A stretch of 62,361 nucleotides of DNA, filler included, from Chiloscyllium plagiosum (Eukaryota): assembly GCF_004010195.1 (NCBI RefSeq). It is 3 parts of one record of this genome, joined end to end, with 100 filler letters (N's around TTAATTAATTAA, not from the genome) between each part and the next. Parts side by side here need not be neighbours in the genome. Positions count along the whole stretch, not along the records: positions 1 to 29,065 come from NC_057713.1; 2 more parts are not named here. The stretch is one strand, 5' to 3'. Shown here piece by piece: positions 13,111 to 24,805 of this stretch. The translations under genes were made by a program, and so were the position numbers. Every line of letters starts with the position of its first letter. Within the stretch, counting starts at the first letter, position 1. The notes beneath the pieces were generated by a model. It did no database searches. It worked only from the letters and a program-made list of their open reading frames with translations, and was not told the origin of the DNA.

Positions 13111-14375
13111 CCTTGCCTCTGAAATGCCTGGTCCCCTCTCCCACCCACCACCAACCCGCAATAAAACATTCCCCCACCCAAATTACTTACCTGGAGGGAT
13201 TTGAAAACAAAGAATTTTAAAACTGAGGAATTGCTAAACACCCAGCAATATACTGCATGAAAAGCAGGTGAGATTTGAATGCATTTGCTGAATGTTTAAT
13301 TTGTCGCCCTAGGGGGTCAGTAATTTATGCTGACTACAAAATTAAGGAGACCTTCCCGGACACTCCCATCACATTTTCATTAGGCACAGCAGGAGTTCCT
13401 AAATATAGGCCAGCATCTTGGCTTGGAATTTTAAAGATGCTTTAACTTTGTTCATGTGTTACATAAAATTGTCTAAAGATTCAAGTTCCTCAGTATCTGG
13501 CCTCAAAGTTAAAGGTTTAAAGGCCTATACGTGAGCTGAAATGAGCCATGACAATGTTTATAACAATGCAAGTTTGTCCCACTGGAATGTACAGGGAAGG
13601 AAATGCTAAATATGCAATAATTACTAATTATTGGCTCGCTTATGAATTGGGCTGAATGTCAAATAAGGTGCCTCCCATTAACCCTGTGCACTCCAAAAAC
13701 TTTTAACACTTTGGAGCAACAGTAAATATGATCCTGGGACTACTGCTGGATTGTGGCCAATGAGCTTTTGGAGCCATTGTGTCTACCACAGGTTGATATT
13801 TCTCTCCTGAGAAAACAGCACAGTCAGTGATACAGTGTGACTTCAGGAGATCTGTGCTAAGATTACAAAGGTAGTACAACCAGCATACGTTCTTTGTGCT
13901 TCTCATTGAGTCTAAAAATATAGGCCAATCGGAATCGTAGATTAGGAATTCAAAATATTTACATTGGAAATGGAAAGGGTACCAATAAATTATATTCCAT
14001 TCAGAAATGAAGGATTAAAGTCCAGGATTCCATATATGATACTTATGTAAAGTATTTAGCATTCATAGGAAAATGATCAAGTGGGAAGCTTAAACCAAAT
14101 ATACAAAATATATAAAATATGCAGAAAGAGAGGTTGCAATTTTAAAAGAAAAATCAATTAAACAAAATCAGGAGAAACATATACTCTGCTTGTCAACAAG
14201 AGGTTAGTCAAGATGGGCATGTAGTATTCTCCTAAGTGACCACCTTGTCATATTTGTCACCTCTACCAAGCATATGGTGGGGAGGGTTGTTGAAAATATT
14301 TGCTGCCGCCAATCCTTTGTCTTGGACCTACCTAGTGAGTCGTAGTGGATAATACACCATAACAAGGGGTTAACC

Positions 14376-14730
14376 CTGACTGAGTGTTGCAGACTGGAAC
14401 ATTCCAAAGTCCAGGACTACGTGCTGAGGAACGTACTAAAGCTTGGGACAGCTGCCACCACGGCGCAGTGGGGAAAGACCACTGTCTGAGGTCGACCTGC
14501 TCAAGGTAAATGGGGGTCCATTCAGTTACTGGACCCTCCTAGTGCTTCAAATATATGTAACTTTTAATATTGTATGTGTAAGTAAAGTCTTTCGTCCTTT
14601 GTATAGAGTCAAAGTCCAATGTTTTGATAACTTACTTGATATGCAACTGTACAGAACCGAACTGCTTTTGTGACAATGTATATGTACAAAGACTTCTTAT
14701 GAATAAAATATACTTTCGAAATTAAAAAAG
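14376..14730 (+). mobile_element. Tx1/L1-group LINE 3' end
   Basis: LTECCRLEHSKVQDYVLRNVLKLGTAATTAQWGKTTV* followed by a T-rich UTR, AATAAA and an A tail. Confidence 0.7.
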
Positions 14731-14804
14731 GTAGCTAATACACGATTGAGTATTTATAGAAGAGGTGCTGTTCTTCGATAACTAGAAGTTTTATTGTATG
14801 ATAG

Positions 14805-15000
14805 TGGGTGATGGTTAGCTCGATTGGCTAAATGGCTGACTTGCAATGCCAAGTGGGTGGGTTCAAATCCTGTACAGGCTCTGGTTACAATGAAGGTCCC
14901 TTCTTCTCAACCTCTCCCCCTTGCCTGGTACTGTCAGGTTAAACCACCACCAATTGTCTCTCTCTAACAAGAGAGCAGGACTATGATTAATTTACTTTTA
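14805..15000 (+). mobile_element. tRNA-derived SINE remnant
   Basis: A-box-like TAGCTCGATTGG, B-box GGGTTCAAATCC, short TTTACTTT tail. Confidence 0.55.
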
Positions 15001-17100
15001 TTGCATGACAGCAATCACTATTACTATGTTTGATTAGGCAATATTACTAGGACATCAGAGAGCTTGTACTGATACATCTGCTCTCTTTGAAAGCTTTTGA
15101 GCATGCTTTGTCTCACACACAGACTATAAGACATCAGGTACCAAAGTAATATGGACATTAATCCCTTCAGAACCATTGCCTTATACAATAGGGCAGACCC
15201 ATAAAGAGATAATCAAAATAAACGTGTGGTGGGAGTGAGAACAGACAAAGATTTATAGAATTAAATTGCCTCAGTTTTTAAAAAGCAACAGGATACACAG
15301 ATTGCACAGCACCAGAGATGATCATAGAGGATGGAGTTTATTCAAGAGAAATGGTGCTAAAGAAATTGTTCAGACTAAAGTTAGATTAATCACACAAATC
15401 TGTCCTACATATGCCTCTATTTCAAATGGTTGACTTTTAGGGCATGACTGTCTGCTCCCAGAAGAGGTGCGAATTTAATTGGATTGGAGTCCAAAATCAG
15501 ATTACCACTGTTAAGGCAAACTTTAGCAATTAAGTCCACCCTTCTCAAAGGTAGATAAACTCTCATTAACCTGTTCAGAGATGTTATTACACACATCAGG
15601 AGTAGATGGGACTTGAACCCAGCCCTCCTGGGTCAGAGGTAGTGACACTCCACTGTACCTCAAGAACTCCCCTCCACAAATGTAAGTTGATCTTCTCACC
15701 AGCAGGTATTGAGAACCACATTTACATGTATTTTTACCTCATTAATTGCACTACTCTCTAAAATTAGCTCAGCTTCCCAATTAACTTCAGCCCCATCGAC
15801 ATACAGGTATTTCAGATATAGTACTTGATCTTATGTAAGAGGCACACACCTGGCAATTAGCAATATACATAGAGAAGAGAAGGTCAGAGGCTAGGAAGAC
15901 TGCAACAACTAACTCACCTCCTTATTCTCCAATGAAAGATACAAGTCAGAAACGTGATGGAACACAACTCACTTGCCAAGGTGGTACAGCTCCCACTCAT
16001 CATTCAGGAAGCTTAACATGCAGGGCCAATCATCTCATTTGATTGGCATTTCACCCACCACCTGCAATATTCACTATGGACTGCAACAGCATTGTGTTCT
16101 ATCTGCCAAGACTCCACTGACACATCTTATGAACTCTACCACCTTGAAGGACAAGGGCAGATGTATGGGAACACTACCACTTACACATTCCCCTCCAAGA
16201 ATTGCAACATAGGGACAGGAGTCAGCCATTCAGCCCATCCAGCCTGTTCTGATATTTAATGAGATCATGTCTGGTCTGTAGCCTGACTTCATACATCTGC
16301 CTTTGGCTAATATCCATTAATATCTTAACACAGCACTCAGCTCTATGTCACCGCCATCTCCCTTGACTCCTCCACAATTGCTAATTTATCAGATTGTTTA
16401 TACAGCATACTGGATGAGCAGAGATCACTTCAAATTAAATACTGGCCAGATTGAAGCTATCGATTTTGACCCCTGTTTCAATCTCTCTTCAATAGCTACA
16501 GTCTGAGATTAAGCCAGTCTATTTCTGATTTAGTAACACATTTGATCTTGAGTTGAGCTTCTGAACTCATTTTTGCTCCATTACTAAAAGCTTTTACCAC
16601 GTCACCATTGCCTTACTTAACATAGACTCATTTCACCTGCTGCTGACTCTCATGTATATGCCTGTGCAGTCCTCTGAGCATGCCATTTCCAATGTATTCC
16701 TAGTTGGTCTCCCATATCTTACTCTATTTACGCTTGAGGATATTCAAAGCTCTGCTTTATCTTAAGTCACACTGCAGATTCGGTCCTGCTCGCTTCATTT
16801 ACATCCTTGAGAACAAAAAAACAAGAATTTCCACAATATACATCAACACTGCCGCATTGAGATTCTGCAAATTTCTGGAAGGAGCACTGAGGAGACATCA
16901 TGTAGCCGCAGAACTGTTGTTAAAAAAAAGGAAAGGCCTTCTTCTGACAAATAGTCTTGTTCCATTTCTCACCTGGGTTCCAAAAGCTATCACTGGACCT
17001 GAAAACTTCCAAAGGGTATGCTGAAACCAGGAATATGACAATTTCATATGATTTATGCAGTATTATGGACATGAGCAACATCGTAAAAATTGTGGCAATG

Positions 17101-17320
17101 GAGAAATTAACTTATCCAATTGCAAGCTGGTGGCAAACGGACCCTTCCAATAACAACATGGAGTTAAACAGACCCTTCCAATTCCATCACTAAGATAAAC
17201 ACACCCCTCCAATTAAAGAAATTGTGTCAAATAGACCATTCCAAAATAAACACTAGGAAACATATGCTTCCAGTTCCAGTGTTGGGTTAAATAGAGCAAT
17301 CCAAATGTAACACTGTGGTA
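17101..17320. repeat. Degenerate ~31 bp minisatellite (GTTAAACAGACCCTTCCAATT..A.CACTG), about 7 units
   Basis: AAA(C/T)AGACC.TTCCAA recurs at 29-32 bp intervals. Confidence 0.7.
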
Positions 17321-17519
17321 AATAATCAATCTCTTTCAAGGTAAATTTCAGAAAATAAACCCTTTATTGCAACAAGACTGAGGAAAATCAAACACGCAAA
17401 GCTGAGGGTTGACCTTTGGGAAAAAGAAAATGGAGAGCAAAGAAGGATACTAACTTAAACAAGTATAATCCATTGCCTGTTTTATTTTAAATCACCAGCA
17501 GATACTTATTATCTAGTCA

Positions 17520-18420
17520 CAAGAACATAACAAATGGGAACAGGAGAAGGCCATTTTGCCCGTCAAGCTTGCCCACCTTTCTTCTAGATCATGGTCTGTC
17601 TGTCCCAGGCCTCAAGTTCTGTTTTGTGCCAGCTCCTCATAGCCCTCAACTCCCTGATAATTTCAGAAATCTACCTACCTCCATTTCAAATGGTGATCCC
17701 GCCTCCACACTTTCTGGGTTAGAGAATTCCAGATATTCACTCATAGGCTGAGGTTGCTTTCTTTGGAGCTGTGGAGCTTGACAGGGGATCTGATTGAGGT
17801 ATATGGGGGGCATAGATGGGGTGGATAGGAAAGCACTTTTTTCATTCATAGAGGAGGCAATAATCAGGAGGCATAGACTTAGAATAGGATGTAAAAGGCT
17901 ACGAAGAGAATTGAAGAGAAATATTTCCACTTAGATGTTGTTGGAGTCTAGAAATCACTGTCTGAAAGGGTGGTTGAATATATAACATATAAGTACCATT
18001 TAGATCTTCCCTTGTGTTTCCACTATGGGCCAAAAACTAGAAAATGGGATTAGTGCCGTCAGATCTTTGTTGACATAATGGGCCAAATGACCTCATCTTG
18101 TGCTGTAAATCTCTGAGTCTTTGGGTTTACATTCACTACCCTCTGTTTGAAGTAATTCCTTCTCGTCTGTTTTAAATGAGTGTACTCTTATTATGTAACT
18201 ATGTTCCATAGATCCAGATTTTCCCACTAGTGGAAACAGTACTTCAACACTTACCCCATCAAGCCTCCTCAGAATCTTGTCTATTTCAATAATATCCCAC
18301 TTCATTCTTCTAAACTCTAATGAATGAAGGCCTAATCTGTTTAGTCATTTTTGATAAATCAACACTTCCAGCCCAGGAATCAGCCTAGTGAATCAGCCTT
18401 TTGAAATGCATCCAATGTCA
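17520..18420 (-). mobile_element. CR1 3' fragment with a nested plus-strand CR1 3' fragment (~17750-18120)
   Basis: DIIEIDKILRRLD (minus) and GDLIEVY (plus) remnants. Confidence 0.75.
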
Positions 18421-19802
18421 TTACACTACTTGGAAATGATGACTTGTTTTACAAAGAATAGTTGAATGATTCCAACATTAAGGGGTTCAAGTTATAAATA
18501 AAAGCAAGTGAGGAGCAAGAGAAGAATGTAAAGGAGAACTTTTCTATTCAACATCAACATGTACGTATGTGATAAATAATATATATGTTATATATATAGT
18601 GAGAGAGAGAGCAAGAGAGTGAGAGACAGACAGACAAACTAAGCAACTTTAATGTCACAAAATGCCCTGGGCCAGGGAGAGATAGTTTATTCAAATAATA
18701 TTAGAATTATGAGTGTTACCAGGAAAGGTATAATATAATTGGACAGTATAAATAGGTTTCAGATTGTTAAGTGGTACCTGAAACATCTTATATTCAGCAT
18801 GCATATGGACAACTTCGTGGATCCCTCAGTTCTGCAGTCAGTTACAATTTATTTCCAGAAACTCTCCAAGCCCAACAAAATTTAGAAAAGACTTAAACTG
18901 ATTTACCATGAAAAGTTTTCAAATACTGAAATTTGTAGATATATCCTTAGGTTCCTTTCTATACAATTTCTGAAATTTCCTTCTAACATTTGCAAGTCAC
19001 AAAAATTCCAAAAATGATCTAAGCAAATTTTGTCTGCCACGTTTACTTCAGTCTGATCCAACGTGCTTATCATTTTGGCTGTCTTTCTTTTTGTCTCCTG
19101 TCTATCTTTTCTAAACCTCTCTTTTTGTTCTTTCCATCTCACAGCCACATGCTTCCTTACATCCTCACAAATCTCCCATCACTGAAAATATATTATCCTT
19201 AAATTCTCTGCAGGTTTGCTACAAACTAATCTCCCAATTATTATTCCCACCTCTAATATCCAGCAACACCATTCTTCCTTGAGCCACTAGCCCTTCTTCA
19301 TTGCAGCTTCCTAAGCTTCCAATCCTCATATTCTTCTCCTGCTAAGTTATTATTTCTAATTCCTTCAAGGAAAGTGACCAAGGCAAAAACATTGGACAAA
19401 CTCATAAAAGGTATTTTCACATTTCTATTAAGTTTTGAAAGATAAATAAATGTTCTTGGCTTATTAGTCATGCTACTTTAATTCTAGCCTCTTGAGCAAC
19501 CCGATTTTTATTATTCTACTGTTGACAGCTGTGTCTTATTATGCTGAGGAACTAATCTCTGAGATCTCGCCTTAAATTTCTCAGTCTCTGATTCTTTCAC
19601 CTCATTTAAGATGTTCCTCATAATCTATGTCTAACCAAATGTTTGGAGATCTGGCTGAATTTCTTATATGACTTAATGTCATGTTTTGTTTTATAATTCT
19701 CCCATGAAGCATCTTGGGATAATTTACTGAGTTAGAGACACTATGTAAATTATTGCTATTGTTTACAAACAGTTTCAAGGCTGAGCCGACCCAAAGTACA
19801 TT

Positions 19803-20246
19803 CAACATCAGGTTATATTTGAAAGTATAAGCTATCGGAGTGCTGCTCCTTCATCAGGTAGCTGGTCGGGCAGGATTACAGGACACAGAATTTACTATAA
19901 ATCCTGCTCCACCAGCTTCTGATGAAGGAGCAGTGCTCTGAGAGCTTATACAGGCCAACCTCCATTTCCGTGCGCGATTTCCGTAACCCATGATTTACCA
20001 CGGACCGAACATATTACATAGAACGTTCCAGAACCAGGGACCAGGGGGCTGCCAGAAGGTAAATGTCCCATTTAAATGAATGGGTTTGCTCCTATCTGCG
20101 GTTTCGGGCTTCCCCAGTAGGTCTTGGGATGTATCCCCTGCGGGTATGGGGGACTATTGTACTTTCAAATAAACCTGCTGGACAATAACCTGGTGTTGCA
20201 TGATTTTTATCTTTGTCCACCCTAGCCCAATACCGGCACCTCCACA
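19803..20246. mobile_element. Fold-back PLE mini-element (family B) with two decayed hammerheads, split by a MITE
   Basis: Inverted arms ~19803-19877 versus 19899-19950 plus 20160-20197; CTGATGA-a-GGAGC agt GCTCT at 19919; 12-bp TSD CCAAAGTACATT at 19791-19802 and 20247-20258. Confidence 0.85.
19951..20159. mobile_element. Tigger/pogo-like (Tc1-mariner) MITE
   Basis: TA duplication at 19949-19950 and 20160-20161; termini CAGGCCAACCTCC and GGGGGACTATTG; the minus-strand end resembles Tigger-type termini as I recall them. Confidence 0.75.
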
Positions 20247-20522
20247 CCAAAGTACATTGGCAAACTTACAAGCAGTTGTGATAAATCATGGTGAAGTTAT
20301 TTCATAGTGTGCTTGCGTAAAATATGTCTGAGTGTCATTAGACACTTTCATCACCCATGTCATCTGTTTGGAGAAATGCAATTGCACCCTGAATGAACTG
20401 GCTGAATAACCAGTCATGTGACCTCTACTTCTGTTGTATGTGTCTTTGTGCGCAGTCTGTAGCAGTCATTAACAGGCATCACTTGTAACACGGTGGCAGA
20501 GAATGGGTGGATTTTCAGAGCT

Positions 20523-23500
20523 GTAAGAACATAACGAGGAGCAGGAGTAGGCGTCTGCTCCTTTGAGCTTCCTCTGCCACTCAGTAAGATCGTGGTTGAT
20601 CTTTTCGTGGACTCAGCTCCATTTATCCATATTTTCAACATATCCCTTAATTTCTTTATTTTTCAAAAAGTATCTATCTTAGCTTTAAAGGCGATTACTG
20701 AAGTAGCATCAACTGCTTCTCTGGTCAAGGGATTCCACAGATTAACAACCCTCTGGGTGAAGAAGTTCCTTCTCAGTTCAGTTCTAAACCTGCTCTTTCT
20801 AATCTTGAGGCCATGCCCTCTTGTCCTAGTCTCACCTACCTGTGGAAACATCCTATCTATTTCCAATTTATCGATTCCCTTCATAATTTTAAATGTTTGT
20901 ATAAGATGCCCCCCCCCCCAATTCTTCTGAATTCTAATGAATATAATTCCAATCTACTCAGCCTTTCCTCATAAACCAAACCCCTTAACTCCGGAATCAA
21001 CCTAGTGAACCTCCTCTGCACCCCCTACCAGTGCCAGTACATCCTTTCTTAAGCAAGGAGACCAAATCTGCACACAGTACTCCAGGTGTGGCTTCACCAG
21101 CACCTTGTACAGCTGTAACATTACCTCTCTGCTTTTAAACGCAACCCCTCTAGCAATGACAGACAAAATTCCATCTGCTTTCCTAATTACTTGTTGTACC
21201 TGCAGACAACCTTCTGCGATTCATGCACAAGGACACCTAGGTCCCTCTGCAAATCAGCATGCTGCAATGTTTTGCCATTCGAGTATTAATCTATTGTACT
21301 GTTACTCCCACCAAAATGTATGACTTCATATTTACTAACATAGTATTTCATCTGACAGACCTTTGTCCACTCACTCAATGTTCCTTTGCAAAGTTTCACA
21401 GTCCTCTGCGCACTTTGCTCTGCCACTCATCTTAGCGTCATCAGCAAATTTTGACATCATACACGTGGTGCGCAACTCCAAATCATCGATATAAATTGTA
21501 AATAATTGTGGTCCCAACACTGATCCCTGAGGCACACCATTAGTTACTGATTGTCAGTCCCTTTATGCCCACTCTTTGCTTTCTGTCAGTCAACCAATCC
21601 TCTTATCTAAGTTAATACTTTGCCCCGAACACCATGCTTCCTTATCTTATGCAGCAGCCTTCTGTGCAGCACCTTGTCAAAGGCCTTTTGGAAATCTAGT
21701 ATACCACATCCACTGTTGCCCACCTTGCTGGAAATGTCTTCATAGTATTCCAAAAGATTTGTGAAGCATGACCTGCCCTTCATGAACCCATGCCACATCT
21801 GTACAATGGGACAATTTATTTCATTATGCCCTGCTATTTCTTCCTTGATAATAGACTCAAGCATCTTCCCCACTACATAGATTTAGCTCACTGGTCTATA
21901 ATTCCTCAACTTTTGTCTACTTCCCTTTTTAAATAGTGGCACCACATCTGCTAGGACTACTCCAGAGTCCAGCGAATTTTGGAAAATTATCATCAGTCCA
22001 CCTGCTTTTTCTTTTGCCATCTCTTTTAGTACCCTGGGATGCATTCCATCAGGGCCAAGAGACTTATCTATTACAGAAGAGTTAGTTATTACACTAACTC
22101 TTCTGTAATAATAATTGTTTCCAGGTCCTCACCTACCTTCATCTCTTTGTCATTTACTGGCATGTTATCAGTATCCGCCACTGTTAAGACTAATGCAAAG
22201 TATCTGTTCAATGCCTCAGCCATTTCATCATCTCCCATAGCTTACTGCCCCTTCTCATCCTCTAAAGGACCAACATTTACTTTAGCCACTCTTCTTCATT
22301 TTATGTATTAATAGAAACTTTTACTATCTGTCTTTATATTCTATGCTAGTTTTCTCTCATACTCTATCTTACTTTTCTTTATAGCTCTTTTTGTGACTTT
22401 CTGTTGACTTTTAGTGTGCCCAATCTTCCTGCTGTTTTTGGCCACTTTGTATGCCTTCTCTTTCACTTTGATAGCCTGCCTTATTTCCTTTGACACCCAT
22501 GGCAGATTACCCTTCCTCTTACAGTCCTTCCTTCTCATCAGAATACACTTTTGCTGGGCACTTTGAAACATGTGTTTGAAGGTCCCCCACTGCTCGTCAA
22601 CTGTTGCACCAAAAAGTCTCTGTTCCAGTCTACTTTAGGCAGGTCCTCCCTCATTCTGTCATAGTCCCCCTTATTCAAGCGCAGGACCCTGGTTTTGGAT
22701 TTTATCTTCATGCTATCCAGCCTTATTTTAAATTCAACCATACTGTGATCGCTCATTCCAAGAGGATCCCTAACTGTGAGGTCATTAATTATTCCTGTCT
22801 CATTACACAGGACCAGATCTAGAATAGCTTGCTCCCTCGTTGGTTCCATTACATGCTGTTCAAGAAATCTATCACAGATACACTCAACGAACTGCTCCTC
22901 AAGGCTACCCTGACCGAGCTGGTTTGACCAATCTACATACAGATTAAGATTCCCCATGGTAATAGCTGTACCATTATTGCAGACATTAGTTATTTCCTTG
23001 TTTATTGCCCATCCCAATGTGATGTTATTATTTGGCAGCCTATAGACTACGCCTATCAGTGACTTTTTCTTCTTGGAATTCCTAATTTCCACTCCAAATG
23101 GATTTGACCTCATGCTTCATAGAACTGTATCATCTCTCAGCACCACCCTGATGTCATTCTTGAATATCAGAGCTATACCACCTCCCTTGCATTCCTGCCT
23201 GTCCTTCCAAATAGTCTGGTACCCCTGGATATTTCATTCTCAGTCATGACCATTCTGCAACCATATCTCCGTGACGGGTACCAAATCATATTCATTCATG
23301 ATGATTTGTGCCATTAACTCATCAACCTTGTTACGAATGCTACGAGCATTCAGGTAAAGTGCCTTTATGCTAGCTTTCTTACCGTCATGATTCACAACTT
23401 CTCTAATATCTCCCGAGGTATCTTTCATTTTTACTTCTTTCATAGTCTGTCTTGAACTTAAACCCTCCTGCATACATGCTAACCTGCTGCTTACTTTTTC

Positions 23501-24185
23501 ATTTATCACCATACTTTCTGTTGCTTTCCCTTTTCCTTCCCCTCCACTGACTCATAAGTTTAAAGTCTGAGTGACCACCCTATTTATCCTTTTCACAGGA
23601 ACACTGGTTCCAGATCGGTTCAGGTGGAGACCGTCCCATCAGTGCAGATCCCACTGGTTCCAAAACTGAAGCCAATGCCCCATGAAATGGAAGTCCTTGT
23701 TTCCCACACCAGTCCCTTAGCTATGTGTTTTCTTGTCCCTAAGCCAATTTGCATGTGGCTCGGGCAGTAATCCAGAGATTATGACCCTGGAGGACCTGTT
23801 CCTTAATTTCATTCCTTGTGCTCGATAATCACCAAACTGGTCCTCCATCCAACCCTTGCCTATGTTGTCAGTCCCAACATGGACCACAACAACCAGATCA
23901 TCCCCCTCCCGCTCCAGTATCCTCTCAAGGCGGTGAGAGATCTCCTGCACCCTGGCACCAGTCAGGCAACACACTCTACCGGACTCCCAATATAGCTTGC
24001 AAATGACATTATATGCTCCCCTAATTATAGAATTCCATATTGCTATCCCCTCTTGAATGGCCTTCTGCACCATGGTGCCATGGTCAGTTGGTTAATTCTC
24101 CCCACATCCCTTTTTCTCATCCACACAGGGAGCAAGAATCTCACACCTGTTGGATAAGGTCAAAAGCTGAGGCTCCTCTACTCAT
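20523..24185 (-). mobile_element. CR1 LINE with SGNH-esterase ORF1 remnant and disrupted ORF2 (APE-RT)
   Basis: 23717-24073 VCCLTGARVQEI..VVVVHVGTDNI..IISGLLP; LYLNARSIRNK; GVVYRLP; SDHSMV; HGFMKGRSCFTNL; DFQKAFDKV; 3' NFFTQRVVNLWN. Confidence 0.92.
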
Positions 24186-24187
24186 TG

Positions 24188-24722
24188 AGTCATAGAGTCA
24201 TAGAGATTTACAGCATGGAAACAGACCCTTCAGTCCAACACGTCCATGCCGACCAGCTATCCTAATCCAATCTAGTCCCATCTGCCAGCATCCTTATCCC
24301 TCCAAACCCTTCCAATTCATATACTCATCCAAATACCTCTTAAATGTTGCAATTGTACCAGCCTCCACCATTTCGTCTGGCAGGTCATTCCATACACGTA
24401 CTACCGTCTGTGTGAAAAAATTGCCCCATAGGTCTTTTTTATATCTTTCCCCTCTCACCCTAAACCTATGCCGTCTAGTTCTGGACTCCCTGACCCCAGG
24501 GAAAAGCCCAACAGTGGCCTAACCAATGTCCTGTACAGCTGTAACATGACCTCCCAACCCCTGTATCAATACTCTGACCAATAAAGGAAAGCATACCAAA
24601 CGCCTTCTTCACTATCCTATCTACCTGTGACTCCACTTTCAAGGAACTATGAACCTGCACTCTAAGGTTTCTTTGTTCAGCAACACTCCCTAGGACCTTA
24701 CCATTAAGTGTATAAGTCCTGG
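24188..24722 (-). mobile_element. HER1/CR1 3' fragment with an internal deletion
   Basis: Reverse complement of 10080-10240 and 10465-10790. Confidence 0.9.
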
Positions 24723-24805
24723 ACTCAGGATGCCCCTATCTCCTGTAAGATTACTGAAAGAAACAGCAAGGAAGAAGTAAAGAAAAACAGGCCTGTTTGA
24801 ATCAC

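Noticed and set aside
12855..13241. Mirror ORFs on both strands (LKLYCWNSTAGQAASREQE..)
   Set aside because: Artefact of translating a perfect palindrome; the same peptide appears at every copy of the repeat.
13703..13830. Good-looking minus-strand acceptor with a short ORF (EKYQPVVDTMAPK..)
   Set aside because: Isolated and without a known motif; cannot be told from chance without RNA data.
17101..17320. CRISPR-like repeat-spacer array
   Set aside because: Eukaryotic context, contiguous degenerate units without unique spacers, and no cas genes.
18903..19182. Possible minus-strand exon (AG acceptor near 19183, GTAAAT donor near 18906)
   Set aside because: In-frame TGA directly after the acceptor, no recognisable domain and no partner exons.
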